A stretch of 64,000 bases of DNA, taken from Halorarum halobium. GTDB taxonomy: Archaea; Halobacteriota; Halobacteria; Halobacteriales; Haloferacaceae. Position numbers and translations under genes: made by a program. The stretch spans positions 1,054,001-1,118,000 of the forward strand of contig NZ_CP134949.1 in assembly GCF_032116555.1 (NCBI RefSeq), read 5' to 3'. The notes below the pieces were generated by a model, which worked only from the letters and a program-made list of their open reading frames with translations, was not told the origin of the DNA and made no database searches. Each line of letters starts with the position of its first letter. The stretch's first letter is position 1. Positions 1 to 8,958 of this stretch are shown here, piece by piece.

Positions 1-28
1 TGCGGTTTCAACGGACCGACTTCCACCC

Positions 29-826
29 CTACCGATTCGCTTCCATCCACTCGACCCCGAAGTCGACGAGCGGCCGCTGGTCCACGAGCGTCGCGGTCGC
101 CTCGCCGACGCTCCCGCGCTCCATCCCGTATTCCCGTTCGTAGGCCGCCTCGATCTCCCGGAAGTCGTCAGGGCCGGCGACGGTCTCGAACGTCACCCAG
201 CGCCGCTCGCCGTCCACGAGCATCGGGCCGCCGTCGGACTGGAACGACTTGTCGTACTCGGCGCGACGCTCGGCGAGGTGGAGCGACGTGTTGGCCTCGA
301 CGCCCAGCCGGAGGACGGAGGCGTCCAGATCGTACAGGCGGGCGAGCGGCGACGTCTCGCCGAACGGCGGGTCGACGGCGTGGTCGGCGACGACGGCCTC
401 GGCCCCCTCTCCCCACGCCGCAAACGAGGAGGTCGGGTGGCGGCTCCGGACGACCTCCGGATGGTCGCGGAAGCACTCGGCGACCGCGCCCATCATCCTG
501 GTGGGGGTGAGTTCCGGGCGGTACGGCGGCATCGTCTCCCTGATCTCCGCGATCCAGTCGTCGGGAACCGGGGGGTTCTCCCAGTTCGACGGGTCCGAGA
601 GCTGGGTGGAGTGGGTCGGCATGGCGAGCGTGCCGACGGGGGTGACGACGTCCAGCAGGGCGTCGACGACGGCTGGCGCGCCGCCGGGTACCCACCCGAG
701 CGAGGAGAGCGAGGCGTGGACGAGCACGGCGTCGCCGGCGTCGACGCCCAGCGCGCGGAGGTCCCCGGCGATCCGGTCGGCGGTGACCGGCGCGTCGCTT
801 CGGTCGATCGCGTCCGCTTCGGTCAT
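29..826 (-). CDS. AAC(3)/YokD-family aminoglycoside N3-acetyltransferase-like protein
   Basis: Motifs VLVHASLSSLGWVPGG, GTLAMPTH, MGAVAECFR, RSRHP.SSFAAWG, NTSLHLAE are typical of the Antibiotic_NAT family. Confidence 0.85.
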   Translation of the reverse strand: MTEADAIDRSDAPVTADRIAGDLRALGVDAGDAVLVHASLSSLGWVPGGAPAVVDALLDVVTPVGTLAMPTHSTQLSDPSNWENPPVPDDWIAEIRETMPPYRPELTPTRMMGAVAECFRDHPEVVRSRHPTSSFAAWGEGAEAVVADHAVDPPFGETSPLARLYDLDASVLRLGVEANTSLHLAERRAEYDKSFQSDGGPMLVDGERRWVTFETVAGPDDFREIEAAYEREYGMERGSVGEATATLVDQRPLVDFGVEWMEANR

Positions 827-867
827 GGGTCGCCCGACGCCATCGGCCGTGAAAACGGCCCCGTTTC

Positions 868-2028
868 CTAGCTCACCGCGCAGTTGTTCGGGCCGAGCTC
901 CGCCTCGAAGGCGTCGTCGTCGTCCATCGACTCACGGCCGAGGTTCGTCGCGATGATCCGCTCGTAGTTCGAGGGTCGCGGCGGGAGGTCCGAGGCGACC
1001 CGCTCCACGAACGCCGCGCGGTCGAGTTCCAGCACGTCCATGTCGCGGAGGTCGCCCAGCGGTGCGGCGTAGCTCCCGTCGACGGCGTCGGCGTGATCTG
1101 CGTAGTGGCCCGGCGCGACGAGGGTCCCGTCGGGCAGCGTGAGCAGGCGCTCGTGGAGCGTGTCGTACCCGCGCTCGGCGTACTCGCGGGCGGCCCCGTC
1201 GCCCCGTTCGAGGTCCGGGCGGCCGACGCTCCGGAGGAACAGCGCGTCGCCGGTGAACAGCACGTCCGCGCCCTCGTCGCCGTCCCGCAGCCGGAACGCC
1301 GTGAGTTCGCTCGTGTGACCCGGCGCGTGGATCGCCTCGAGGGCCACGTCGCCCACTTGAAGCTCCTCGCCGTCCTCGACGAACTCCGCGTCGAAGGCGA
1401 GCCCGCGGTCAGACGCTCCCGCGGGGAGGACCACCTCGCCGTGGGCGCGGTCGCCGAGTTCGCGGACGCCGCTCACGTGGTCGGCGTGGACGTGTGTGTC
1501 GAGCGCGTACCGGAGTTCGGCGTTCCACTGCGGGAGGTCGTGCTCGTACCGCTCCGCGAACGCCCGCAGCGGGTCGACGATCGCCGCCTCCCCGTCGGAG
1601 GCGACGAGGTACGCGAGACAGCCCGACGATGGGCGCTGGTACTGGACGACGGTCGCCTCGCCGGCGTCGAGTTCCACGGCGAGGGCCGTCCGCGCCCAGT
1701 CGGTCATCCCGCCGGCGAGGTTGACGGCGTCGAGCCCCGATTCGCGTAGCATTTCGGCGACCTCCGCGCTCGCCTTTCCGCGGGGGCAGACGACGACGAT
1801 GGACCCGGAGAGTTCGGCCAGTTCGTCGGGAATCAGATCGGCGGGATTCCCGCGCGCGTTCGCGGCGATGAACTTCGCGTGGGGGACGAGCGCGTCGGTG
1901 ACGGTCCGCCCCTCGACGTGCCACGTTTCGTACTCGTCGCGGTTCCGCACGTCGAGGACTGCCACCCGTTCGCCGGCGCGAAGCCGCTGAGCCAGCGCTT
2001 CGGGGTGGATCTCCGTCTCGTCGGTCAT
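868..2028 (-). CDS. Rhodanese + metallo-beta-lactamase fold hydrolase (persulfide dioxygenase-like)
   Basis: Start reassigned to MTDETEIHP (ATG at 2028); rhodanese VVVCPRGKAS, then MBL motifs THVHADH, PGHT, FTGD, GRPDL, PGH. Confidence 0.85.
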   Translation of the reverse strand: MTDETEIHPEALAQRLRAGERVAVLDVRNRDEYETWHVEGRTVTDALVPHAKFIAANARGNPADLIPDELAELSGSIVVVCPRGKASAEVAEMLRESGLDAVNLAGGMTDWARTALAVELDAGEATVVQYQRPSSGCLAYLVASDGEAAIVDPLRAFAERYEHDLPQWNAELRYALDTHVHADHVSGVRELGDRAHGEVVLPAGASDRGLAFDAEFVEDGEELQVGDVALEAIHAPGHTSELTAFRLRDGDEGADVLFTGDALFLRSVGRPDLERGDGAAREYAERGYDTLHERLLTLPDGTLVAPGHYADHADAVDGSYAAPLGDLRDMDVLELDRAAFVERVASDLPPRPSNYERIIATNLGRESMDDDDAFEAELGPNNCAVS

Positions 2029-2089
2029 GACCCCAGGTAGGCCCACGCACGGGGAAACGTTAACGCCGCGCAGGCGCAACCCGTCAATC

Positions 2090-2773
2090 ATGGATTCGGC
2101 CGCGCTGCGCGAGCGGGTCGAGGCGGAGAAGGCGACCGAACTGGACCGGCTCGGCTCGAACAAGTTCCTCGTCGCGCTCACCGACGCCGACCTCACGACG
2201 GACGCGGTCCTGCGTGCGGCCGCCGACAGCGAGCACGCCGCCCACGTCACGTTCGCCGGGTGGGCGGAAAACGAGAACGACCCGGCCGCGCGGGAACTGT
2301 TCGGCTGGGTCGCCGACCGCGAGGCCGACCACCGCGACCGCGTGCTGGACGCGCTCGACGGTGACCACGACCCGAACGAGCGGGCGGAGGAAACCTCCGC
2401 TGCTGACCGGACGCAGTCCGGTAACGGCGGCACGATGCACTCGTACCTCCGCGCGCGGACCGACACGGTCGAGCGGGTCGCGGCCGGGCTGGTCGGTCGC
2501 CCGCTCGTCAGCGTCCGGGCCCACCTCCAGGTCGTCAGCCACTTCGTGAACGAGGCCGACGGGTCCCGCGCGGAGCTGTTCCGCGACCTGCGCTCGGAGA
2601 CGGAAGAGGAACTGGAGCGCGGGCTGGACTATCTGGACCAGCACTGCGACGAGGAGGACGACGGGGACTGGGAATCGGCGGCGATGGTGGCGGCGTACGT
2701 GGTGCAACTGGCCTACGACGACTACGCGGACTCGCTGCGTGGGCTCGACATCGACGTGAAGCCGGTGTGTTGA
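2090..2773 (+). CDS. Ferritin-like/rubrerythrin-family protein
   Basis: ATG at 2090 (MDSAALRE); helical acidic protein with ExxH motifs (SEHAAH, READH) and C-terminal GLDIDVKPVC as in haloarchaeal rubrerythrin-family proteins. Confidence 0.6.
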   Translation: MDSAALRERVEAEKATELDRLGSNKFLVALTDADLTTDAVLRAAADSEHAAHVTFAGWAENENDPAARELFGWVADREADHRDRVLDALDGDHDPNERAEETSAADRTQSGNGGTMHSYLRARTDTVERVAAGLVGRPLVSVRAHLQVVSHFVNEADGSRAELFRDLRSETEEELERGLDYLDQHCDEEDDGDWESAAMVAAYVVQLAYDDYADSLRGLDIDVKPVC

Positions 2774-2830
2774 CGGTCGGTTCCGGCACCCCGTCATCGC
2801 GCGTCCCGACGCTTCCCGTGGCGGACTCGT

Positions 2831-3277
2831 CTACCCCATCGACCGATCCGAGAACGTCTCCTCGAGCGTCGCCGCCGTCTCGTCCTTCCCCATGCGCCGA
2901 TACGTCTCGACGAGCGCGTCGGGCGGGAGGATCGGAACCCCACGAACGCGGTCGAGTTCGACGGTTCCGAGGTCGGCGAGCGGTTCCTGGTGGTCCTTCG
3001 CGCGCTCGGCGTACACGACCTCGAGCTCTACCCCTCCGATTCGGTACTCGTCGACCTGCGAGACGCCGACCTCCCCGGTCCCGACGAACTCGGCCGCGAG
3101 CGCGTCGCGGATGCGGGCCGCCCCGGCCTCGGCGGTGAGCACGTCGACGTCGGACGGGTCGGCCTCGAGCCCGCGGAGCGCGAGGTTCGCGCTCCCGAAC
3201 ACGCACCACCTGACGTCCGCCGGGACTGTCGAGACGAGTTCCTCCAGGACCGCTTCCTGCGCGTCGGAGAGAGCCAT
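2831..3277 (-). CDS. Small stand-alone nucleotidyltransferase-fold protein
   Basis: MALSDAQE start at 3277; W..FGS..L..RG....DVD matches the Pol-beta-like GS...DxD signature. Confidence 0.6.
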   Translation of the reverse strand: MALSDAQEAVLEELVSTVPADVRWCVFGSANLALRGLEADPSDVDVLTAEAGAARIRDALAAEFVGTGEVGVSQVDEYRIGGVELEVVYAERAKDHQEPLADLGTVELDRVRGVPILPPDALVETYRRMGKDETAATLEETFSDRSMG

Positions 3278-3310
3278 GGCTGATTCGAGCGCGTGGACGA
3301 CCATGTATGT

Positions 3311-3380
3311 TGGCGGAGGTGCGCGGAGGTCGGCGGAGGTCAGCGGAAATCGGCGGAAATCGGCGGAGATCTGCGGGATT
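3311..3380. repeat. Tandem repeat, 7 x 10 bp (consensus about CGGCGGARRT)
   Basis: tggcggaggt|gcgcggaggt|cggcggaggt|cagcggaaat|cggcggaaat|cggcggagat|ctgcgggatt read directly. Confidence 0.85.
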
Positions 3381-3584
3381 GCCACCGTTCGACCCGACCG
3401 ATCGAACCCGGGGTGGGTCGGGTCGGCTCTCACGGCGCCACCGCGCCGGTTCGGTTCCTCGTAGCCTCGCTTCGAATCTCGAAATCCGGGATCGGGAAAC
3501 CAGCAGGAGGATGTAAAACCGCAACCCGGCGGTACGAACCCGTACCCGAGCGATTGAAGGCCACGCCGGTCCGTCCCTCGAACG

Positions 3585-4508
3585 ATGCGACACGACCACC
3601 TCCTCTCGGCCGGCCAGCTCACCCGGGAGGACATCGAGGCGGTGCTGGATCGGGCCGCCGAGATGGCAGCCGACCCGGCGGGCGTCGCGGAGCGCCACGC
3701 CGACCGGCTGCTCGCGCTGTGTTTCTTCGAGCCGAGCACGCGCACCAAGATGTCCTTCGATGCGGCGATGAAGCGGCTCGGCGGCGACACCGTCGACATG
3801 GGCACCGTCGAGTCCTCCTCGGTGAAGAAGGGCGAGTCGCTCGCGGACACCGTCCGCGTCATCGAGGGGTACGCCGACGGCATCGTCCTCCGGCACCCGA
3901 GCGAGGGCGCCGCGAAGCTCGCCGCGGAGTTCGTCGACGTCCCGGTCGTCAACGCCGGCGACGGCGCGGGCCAGCACCCCAGCCAGACGCTGCTCGACCT
4001 CTACACGATGCGGGAGAACGCCGGGCTCGACGACCTCACGGTCGGCATCATGGGCGACCTGAAGTACGGCCGCACGGTCCACTCGCTCGCCGAGGCGCTG
4101 ACGACCTTCGACGCCCGGATGCACTTCGTCAGCCCCGAGTCGCTGAAGCTCCCGCGCGGGGTCCAGTTCGACCTCCACGAGGCCGGCGCGCGCCTCCGCG
4201 AACACACCGACCTGGCGGAAGTCCTGCCCGAACTCGACGTGCTCTACGTCACGCGCATCCAGCGCGAGCGCTTCCCCGACGAGAACGAGTATCAGAAGGT
4301 CGCCGGCCAGTACCAGATCGACGCCGAGACCCTCGATGCGGCACGGGACGACCTGACGGTGATGCACCCGCTGCCGCGCGTCGACGAGATCGCGCCGGAC
4401 GTCGACGCGAACGAGCACGCGACGTACTTCCGGCAGGCGCACAACGGCGTCCCGGTCCGGATGGCGCTGCTGGACGAACTGCTCTCCGGGGAGGGGGGTG
4501 AGCCATGA
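3585..4508 (+). CDS. pyrB: Aspartate carbamoyltransferase catalytic subunit
   Basis: [43 protein letters not shown]. Confidence 0.97.
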   Translation: MRHDHLLSAGQLTREDIEAVLDRAAEMAADPAGVAERHADRLLALCFFEPSTRTKMSFDAAMKRLGGDTVDMGTVESSSVKKGESLADTVRVIEGYADGIVLRHPSEGAAKLAAEFVDVPVVNAGDGAGQHPSQTLLDLYTMRENAGLDDLTVGIMGDLKYGRTVHSLAEALTTFDARMHFVSPESLKLPRGVQFDLHEAGARLREHTDLAEVLPELDVLYVTRIQRERFPDENEYQKVAGQYQIDAETLDAARDDLTVMHPLPRVDEIAPDVDANEHATYFRQAHNGVPVRMALLDELLSGEGGEP

Positions 4509-4966
4509 GCGAACACGAGCTCCGCGTCTCGAAGATCCGTGACGGGACGGTCATCGACCACGTCACCGGCGGACAGGCGCTGAACGTGCTCGCGGTGCTC
4601 GGCATCGACGGCGACGAGGGGCTCGGCGTCTCCATCGGGATGAACGTCCCCTCGGACACGCTCGGGAAGAAGGACATCGTGAAGGTGGAGGACCGGGAGC
4701 TCTCACAGGGCGAGGTGGACATCATCTCGCTGCTCGCGCCGGAGGCGACCGTCAACATCGTCCGCGAGTTCGAGGTGGTCGAGAAGAACCGCGTCGAACG
4801 TCCCGAGCGCGTCGTCGGTCTCCTGCGCTGTCCGAACCACAACTGCATCACGAACGGCGAGGAGCCCGTCGAGTCGACGTTCGGGGTCGTCGAGGACGGC
4901 GTCCGCTGTGAGTACTGCGGCGAGATCATCCGCTCGGACATCGGCGATCACCTCGCGGTCAGCTGA
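4505..4966 (+). CDS. pyrI: Aspartate carbamoyltransferase regulatory subunit
   Basis: [21 protein letters not shown]...CEYC Zn ligands; ATGA overlap with pyrB. Confidence 0.97.
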   Translation: MSEHELRVSKIRDGTVIDHVTGGQALNVLAVLGIDGDEGLGVSIGMNVPSDTLGKKDIVKVEDRELSQGEVDIISLLAPEATVNIVREFEVVEKNRVERPERVVGLLRCPNHNCITNGEEPVESTFGVVEDGVRCEYCGEIIRSDIGDHLAVS

Positions 4967-5063
4967 GCACCGACACCTGTTCCCCCGACCCCTCCACGAT
5001 ACTAGTCGCTGAATTGACCGATCGTCTCGTTCAAACCGGACCGGTCGATAGCGAGGGTGAAAC

Positions 5064-5417
5064 TCACACGTCGCGTAGGCCGAGACTGTACTCGAGTGCG
5101 GTGTCGACCTCCTCCATCCGCTCGTCGGGAACGGATCCGATCGTCTCCGAGACGCGGTGCGTGATCGACACCGTCCGAATCTGGCTGCACAGTGCAACCG
5201 AATCCTGCCGCAGCGGACACTCGTCGGCGGTCATTAACACTTCGAAGGGGTACAGTTCGTCGCCGAACGACGTCGTGAACGGAACCACGATCGTCGTTGG
5301 CGCGTTCTCGTTCCCGACGTCGTTTTGCACGACGAGACACGGACGGGTGCCTCGTTGTTCGGATCCCTCCGTCGGATCGAGCGCGACGATCACGACGTCT
5401 CCCCGGTGGACAACCAT
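5064..5417 (-). CDS. mazF: MazF/PemK-family endoribonuclease toxin
   Basis: RGDV...LDP..GSEQ.G.RPCLVVQND.GN...T.IVVP.T...DS.AL..QIRTVS. Confidence 0.93.
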   Translation of the reverse strand: MVVHRGDVVIVALDPTEGSEQRGTRPCLVVQNDVGNENAPTTIVVPFTTSFGDELYPFEVLMTADECPLRQDSVALCSQIRTVSITHRVSETIGSVPDERMEEVDTALEYSLGLRDV

Positions 5418-5420
5418 CGG

Positions 5421-5687
5421 CTACCAGTCGGGAGCCTCGCCCAGATACTCGTTCGCTTCGCGTGAGGCCCAGCGCATTTCCTCGTCGAGTTCGCGTGCCC
5501 GCGTCGCAGTCTGCCGATATCCCTCCGCGAGATCTGCTGGCGTGACTGGCTTGTCGATGATGATTCGCCCGTCTTGCTCCCGGACCACGACGTCATCACC
5601 GCCGTGGATGTCCAGCCTGTCCCGAAGCTCCTTGGGGAGCGTTACTTGGCCACGTTCACCCACCTTCCGCTTCTCGACACCGGACAT
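5421..5687 (-). CDS. AbrB/MazE-family antitoxin
   Basis: RKVGERGQVTLPKELRDRLDIHGGD is a SpoVT/AbrB swapped hairpin; lies 3 bp upstream of the toxin. Confidence 0.9.
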   Translation of the reverse strand: MSGVEKRKVGERGQVTLPKELRDRLDIHGGDDVVVREQDGRIIIDKPVTPADLAEGYRQTATRARELDEEMRWASREANEYLGEAPDW

Positions 5688-5782
5688 ACCTATTCATATC
5701 GTATTCGTACTCAAAACCGTTTCGACCCTCGAACCACGGTTGCCCCCCTCTGAATCGAGCACCAGCACCCACCACGCAGGTT

Positions 5783-5803
5783 TATTACTTAGTAATATTA
5801 CTA
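5783..5803. promoter_or_regulatory. Overlapping palindromes on the thiC promoter (candidate ThiR operator)
   Basis: TATTACT-T-AGTAATA (5783-5797) and perfect TAGTAATATTACTA (5790-5803), ending 8 bp before the thiC ATG. Confidence 0.6.
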
Positions 5804-5811
5804 GGTAGTCG

Positions 5812-7257
5812 ATGGCCACACAGCTCGAACGCGCCAGGGAAGGCGAGGTGACGCCGGCGATGGAACGCGTGGCGGAGCGCGAACGACGCGACCCCGAGTT
5901 CGTCCGCGAGCAGGTCGCTGACGGTCGGGCCGTGATTCCGACCAACCACGAACACGAGGGGGGAGATCCGATGGTCATCGGCGAGGCGTTCGCCACGAAG
6001 GTCAACGCCAACATCGGCAACAGCGAGGACACCAGCGGGCCCGACGAGGAACTCCGGAAGCTCCACGCGGCGGTCCACTACGGCGCCGACACCGTGATGG
6101 ACCTCTCGACCGGCGCGAACCTCGACCGCATCCGCGAGGCGAACCTCGCCCACTCGCCCGTCCCGGTGGGGACGGTCCCCATCTACGAGGCGGTCAAGCG
6201 CGCCGGATCGGCCGCCGAACTCACCCACGACCTGCTCCGGGACGTGATCGAGAAGCAGGCCGAACAGGGCGTCGATTACATGACGATCCACGCGGGCGTC
6301 CTGAGGGAACACCTCCCGCTGACCGACGGCCGGACGACGGGAATCGTCTCGCGGGGCGGTTCCATCCTCGCCCGCTGGATTGAGGAACACGGCGAGCAGA
6401 ACCCGCTGTACGTCGACTTTCCGGACCTCTGTGGGGTCTTCAGGGAGTACGACGTGACCGTCAGCCTCGGCGACGGCCTGCGACCGGGCAGTCTCGCGGA
6501 CGCCTCCGACGAGGCGCAGTTCGCCGAACTCGACACCCTGGGGGAACTGACGCGGACGGCACGGGAGCGCGGCGTGCAGGTCATGGTCGAGGGGCCGGGC
6601 CACGTCCCGCTGGACGAGATCGCCGAGAACGTGGAGCGCCAGCGCGAGGTGTGTGACGGCGCGCCGTTCTACGTGCTCGGCCCGCTCGTCACCGACGTCG
6701 CGCCCGGCTACGACCACATTACCTCGGCCATCGGCGCGACCGAAGCCGCCCGGGCCGGTGCCGCGATGCTCTGTTACGTGACGCCAAAGGAGCACCTCGG
6801 ACTGCCCGAACGCGAGGACGTCCGCGACGGGCTGGCGGCCTACCGCATCGCCGCCCACGCCGCCGACGTGGCGAACGGGCTCCCCGGCGCACGCGACTGG
6901 GACGACGCGCTCTCGGAAGCGAGATACGCCTTCGACTGGCGGCGGCAGTTCGACCTCGCGCTCGACCCCGAGCGTGCCCGGTCGTTCCACGACCGGACGC
7001 TCCCGGGTGACAACTACAAGGAGGCCCGGTTCTGCTCGATGTGTGGCGTCGAGTTCTGCTCGATGCGGATCGACCAGGACGCGCGGGAGGCCGGCGACGG
7101 AATGTCTGATCTGGACGAGGGAACCGACCTCGGCACATCACGCGCCGCGAGCGTGAACCTGCCTCCCGTCGGCACGCACGACACGGCGGGCCTGCCGAAC
7201 TGGCCCACGAACCTGGCAGGAAGCGACCGCACGGCGACCCTCGGTGACGACGACTGA
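5812..7257 (+). CDS. thiC: Phosphomethylpyrimidine synthase
   Basis: [47 protein letters not shown]-terminal CSMCGVEFC Fe-S motif. Confidence 0.98.
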   Translation: MATQLERAREGEVTPAMERVAERERRDPEFVREQVADGRAVIPTNHEHEGGDPMVIGEAFATKVNANIGNSEDTSGPDEELRKLHAAVHYGADTVMDLSTGANLDRIREANLAHSPVPVGTVPIYEAVKRAGSAAELTHDLLRDVIEKQAEQGVDYMTIHAGVLREHLPLTDGRTTGIVSRGGSILARWIEEHGEQNPLYVDFPDLCGVFREYDVTVSLGDGLRPGSLADASDEAQFAELDTLGELTRTARERGVQVMVEGPGHVPLDEIAENVERQREVCDGAPFYVLGPLVTDVAPGYDHITSAIGATEAARAGAAMLCYVTPKEHLGLPEREDVRDGLAAYRIAAHAADVANGLPGARDWDDALSEARYAFDWRRQFDLALDPERARSFHDRTLPGDNYKEARFCSMCGVEFCSMRIDQDAREAGDGMSDLDEGTDLGTSRAASVNLPPVGTHDTAGLPNWPTNLAGSDRTATLGDDD

Positions 7258-7350
7258 CCGGCGGCGACTCGTCCGGCGGGCCGGACTCCCGGGTGATTAC
7301 CTCCCGTCCGTGGCCGCAATCGATTAGTATTCGCACGCCAATCGAGAACC

Positions 7351-7455
7351 ATGTCCGGGAAAGCGAAACTCGTCCTCCTGTTCGGCATCGTCGTGCTGCT
7401 GTACCTCGTGCTCACCTCCGAGAGCGAACCCATCGAGATCGACGTCGAGGAGTAG
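7351..7455 (+). CDS. 34-aa single-TM microprotein (not in ORF track)
   Basis: MSGKAKLVLLFGIVVLLYLVLTSESEPIEIDVEE*; basic N-terminus, TM helix, acidic tail, GC3-rich codons, AT-rich patch about 25 bp upstream. Confidence 0.6.
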   Translation: MSGKAKLVLLFGIVVLLYLVLTSESEPIEIDVEE

Positions 7456-7780
7456 CGGGGTCGCCCCGCCGTCGACTCCCGCCGAGCGATCGATTTCCGG
7501 CCGGGGTTCGATTCCCCGGGCCGCGACCGATCGGCTCCGTAGTCACGCGTCGATTCGATCCGAACGCGTTTCCGGTCGGTCACTGCCGCCCATCGACGTC
7601 TCCGTCCACCAACTCGCGTGTCCGCGGCGGGAAGTCCCGGAGAGTCGACTGGCCGTTCCCGGGCCGGCACCCGTTCAACTCCCCACTAACCGATTGTAGT
7701 CGGCTTCACGACCCCATAACGAACTGCGCCGGCGACGACCGTCCGGTGATGAGAAGCCGTCCGTGGTCCGCCCGGGGCCG

Positions 7781-8011
7781 ATGACCCTCCGCAAACTGAC
7801 CGCGTTCGTCGTCGTCTTCGAGATGTGTGCCCTCGGCGTCGTGCTTGCCGGGATACTCGCGTACACGGCCGCCAACGGCGGCGTCCAGACGTTCACCGTC
7901 GACATGACGCTGTTCGGCGAGCTGTGGCCCGAGTACGGTGCCCTGCTGGTCCTGACGGGCGTGACGCCGTACGCGCTCTACGTCGTCGAGCGGGAGCTAC
8001 AGGGGGACTGA
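7781..8011 (+). CDS. Small two-TM membrane protein
   Basis: MTLRKLTAFVVVFEMCALGVVLAGILAY...EYGALLVLTGVTPYALYVVE; host-like codon use. Confidence 0.6.
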   Translation: MTLRKLTAFVVVFEMCALGVVLAGILAYTAANGGVQTFTVDMTLFGELWPEYGALLVLTGVTPYALYVVERELQGD

Positions 8012-8081
8012 TTCCCGGCCCCGATCGGCCCGTCGCCGTCACGGCGGAGGGCTTTCCCACGATCCGGGAGCCAGCGACGAC

Positions 8082-8633
8082 TCACTCCCGTAGCCTGTCG
8101 AGCAGTGACGGGTTGAGCGTCCGGGTGTGGAACGCCGCCGAGAGGGCGATACAGCCCAGGAACGACCCCGCGATCACGCTGACCGGGAACGCCGACACCA
8201 CGGGGACGCCGACGACGGCCGCGAGCACGGTCAACAGCCCGAGCACGCCGACGCCGAGATAGTACTCGCTCCAGGCGATCTCGTAGCCGGAGACGACCTC
8301 GAGGTAGACCGTCACGTCCTCGGCCGAGTCGCCCAGCCTGATCGCCCGCTCGTCCTCCCCGTACTCGACGATCCCGAGGTCGACGAGCCTGGGCACGTGC
8401 GTCTGCTGCAGTGAGACGTAGACGCTCTGGCGGACGTCGCGGGGGGCCGGCTCGACGCCGGATTCCCGCTCCGCGATCCGCTCGGAGAGCTCGTTCATCG
8501 TGTAGCTCCGCTCGTCCTCGGCCAGCACCGAGAGCAGCATCCGCCGCCGCTCGTTGCTCAACACGTCGTGGACGGCCGTCGCCTCGAGGGTCGAGCTATC
8601 GGTCACGGGTTCCCGAGAGAGTTTCGTTGCCAC
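8082..8633 (-). CDS. Membrane-tethered winged-HTH protein (haloarchaeal DUF7344-like + C-terminal TMs)
   Basis: VLSNERRR.LL..L....ELSERIA..E.......RQSVYVSLQQTHVPRL...GIVEY, then W..YYLG and two hydrophobic helices. Confidence 0.8.
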   Translation of the reverse strand: MATKLSREPVTDSSTLEATAVHDVLSNERRRMLLSVLAEDERSYTMNELSERIAERESGVEPAPRDVRQSVYVSLQQTHVPRLVDLGIVEYGEDERAIRLGDSAEDVTVYLEVVSGYEIAWSEYYLGVGVLGLLTVLAAVVGVPVVSAFPVSVIAGSFLGCIALSAAFHTRTLNPSLLDRLRE

Positions 8634-8766
8634 GCTCGACAGTGGCTACGGACACCTTGCTCATCAAACTATTCTATAATGTCATTACTGGCCGAGCGGA
8701 ATTTGCCGGGCCGAGCGTTGAACCATCCCGCGATTAATCCCGAGCTTTAGCGCCGTAAGGACTCGT

Positions 8767-8781
8767 TTAACGGGCCGTTAA
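8767..8781. promoter_or_regulatory. Perfect inverted repeat TTAACGG-G-CCGTTAA in the divergent promoter region
   Basis: Read directly; lies between the HTH gene and the giant surface protein gene among AT-rich TATA-like patches. Confidence 0.45.
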
Positions 8782-8958
8782 GCGGGTCATAATCGGCTCA
8801 ATAATATACCACCTTGGTACCGTTGGTGTGTTGATAGCAACCACTCCGGTCGGGCGACACGACCGAGCGTTCGGAGGAATGCTCGGGTGGGTGATCGGGG
8901 TTCCCGCGGTCGGGACTCCGGTGTCGGGTGTCGCCGGGCTATCCAGGCTCATACACAC

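Noticed and set aside
4986..5738. CGACCCTC direct repeat flanking the TA module as a target-site duplication
   Set aside because: An 8-bp GC-rich match is expected by chance; no terminal inverted repeats
5690..5811. TPP riboswitch upstream of thiC
   Set aside because: No TPP aptamer consensus, and a TATA-like element about 25 bp before the ATG implies a leaderless transcript
7501..7526. tRNA T-arm-like hairpin CCGGGG-TTCGATT-CCCCGG
   Set aside because: No matching acceptor stem, D-arm or anticodon arm upstream, and no integrase or second copy to support an att remnant; tRNAscan-SE would settle it
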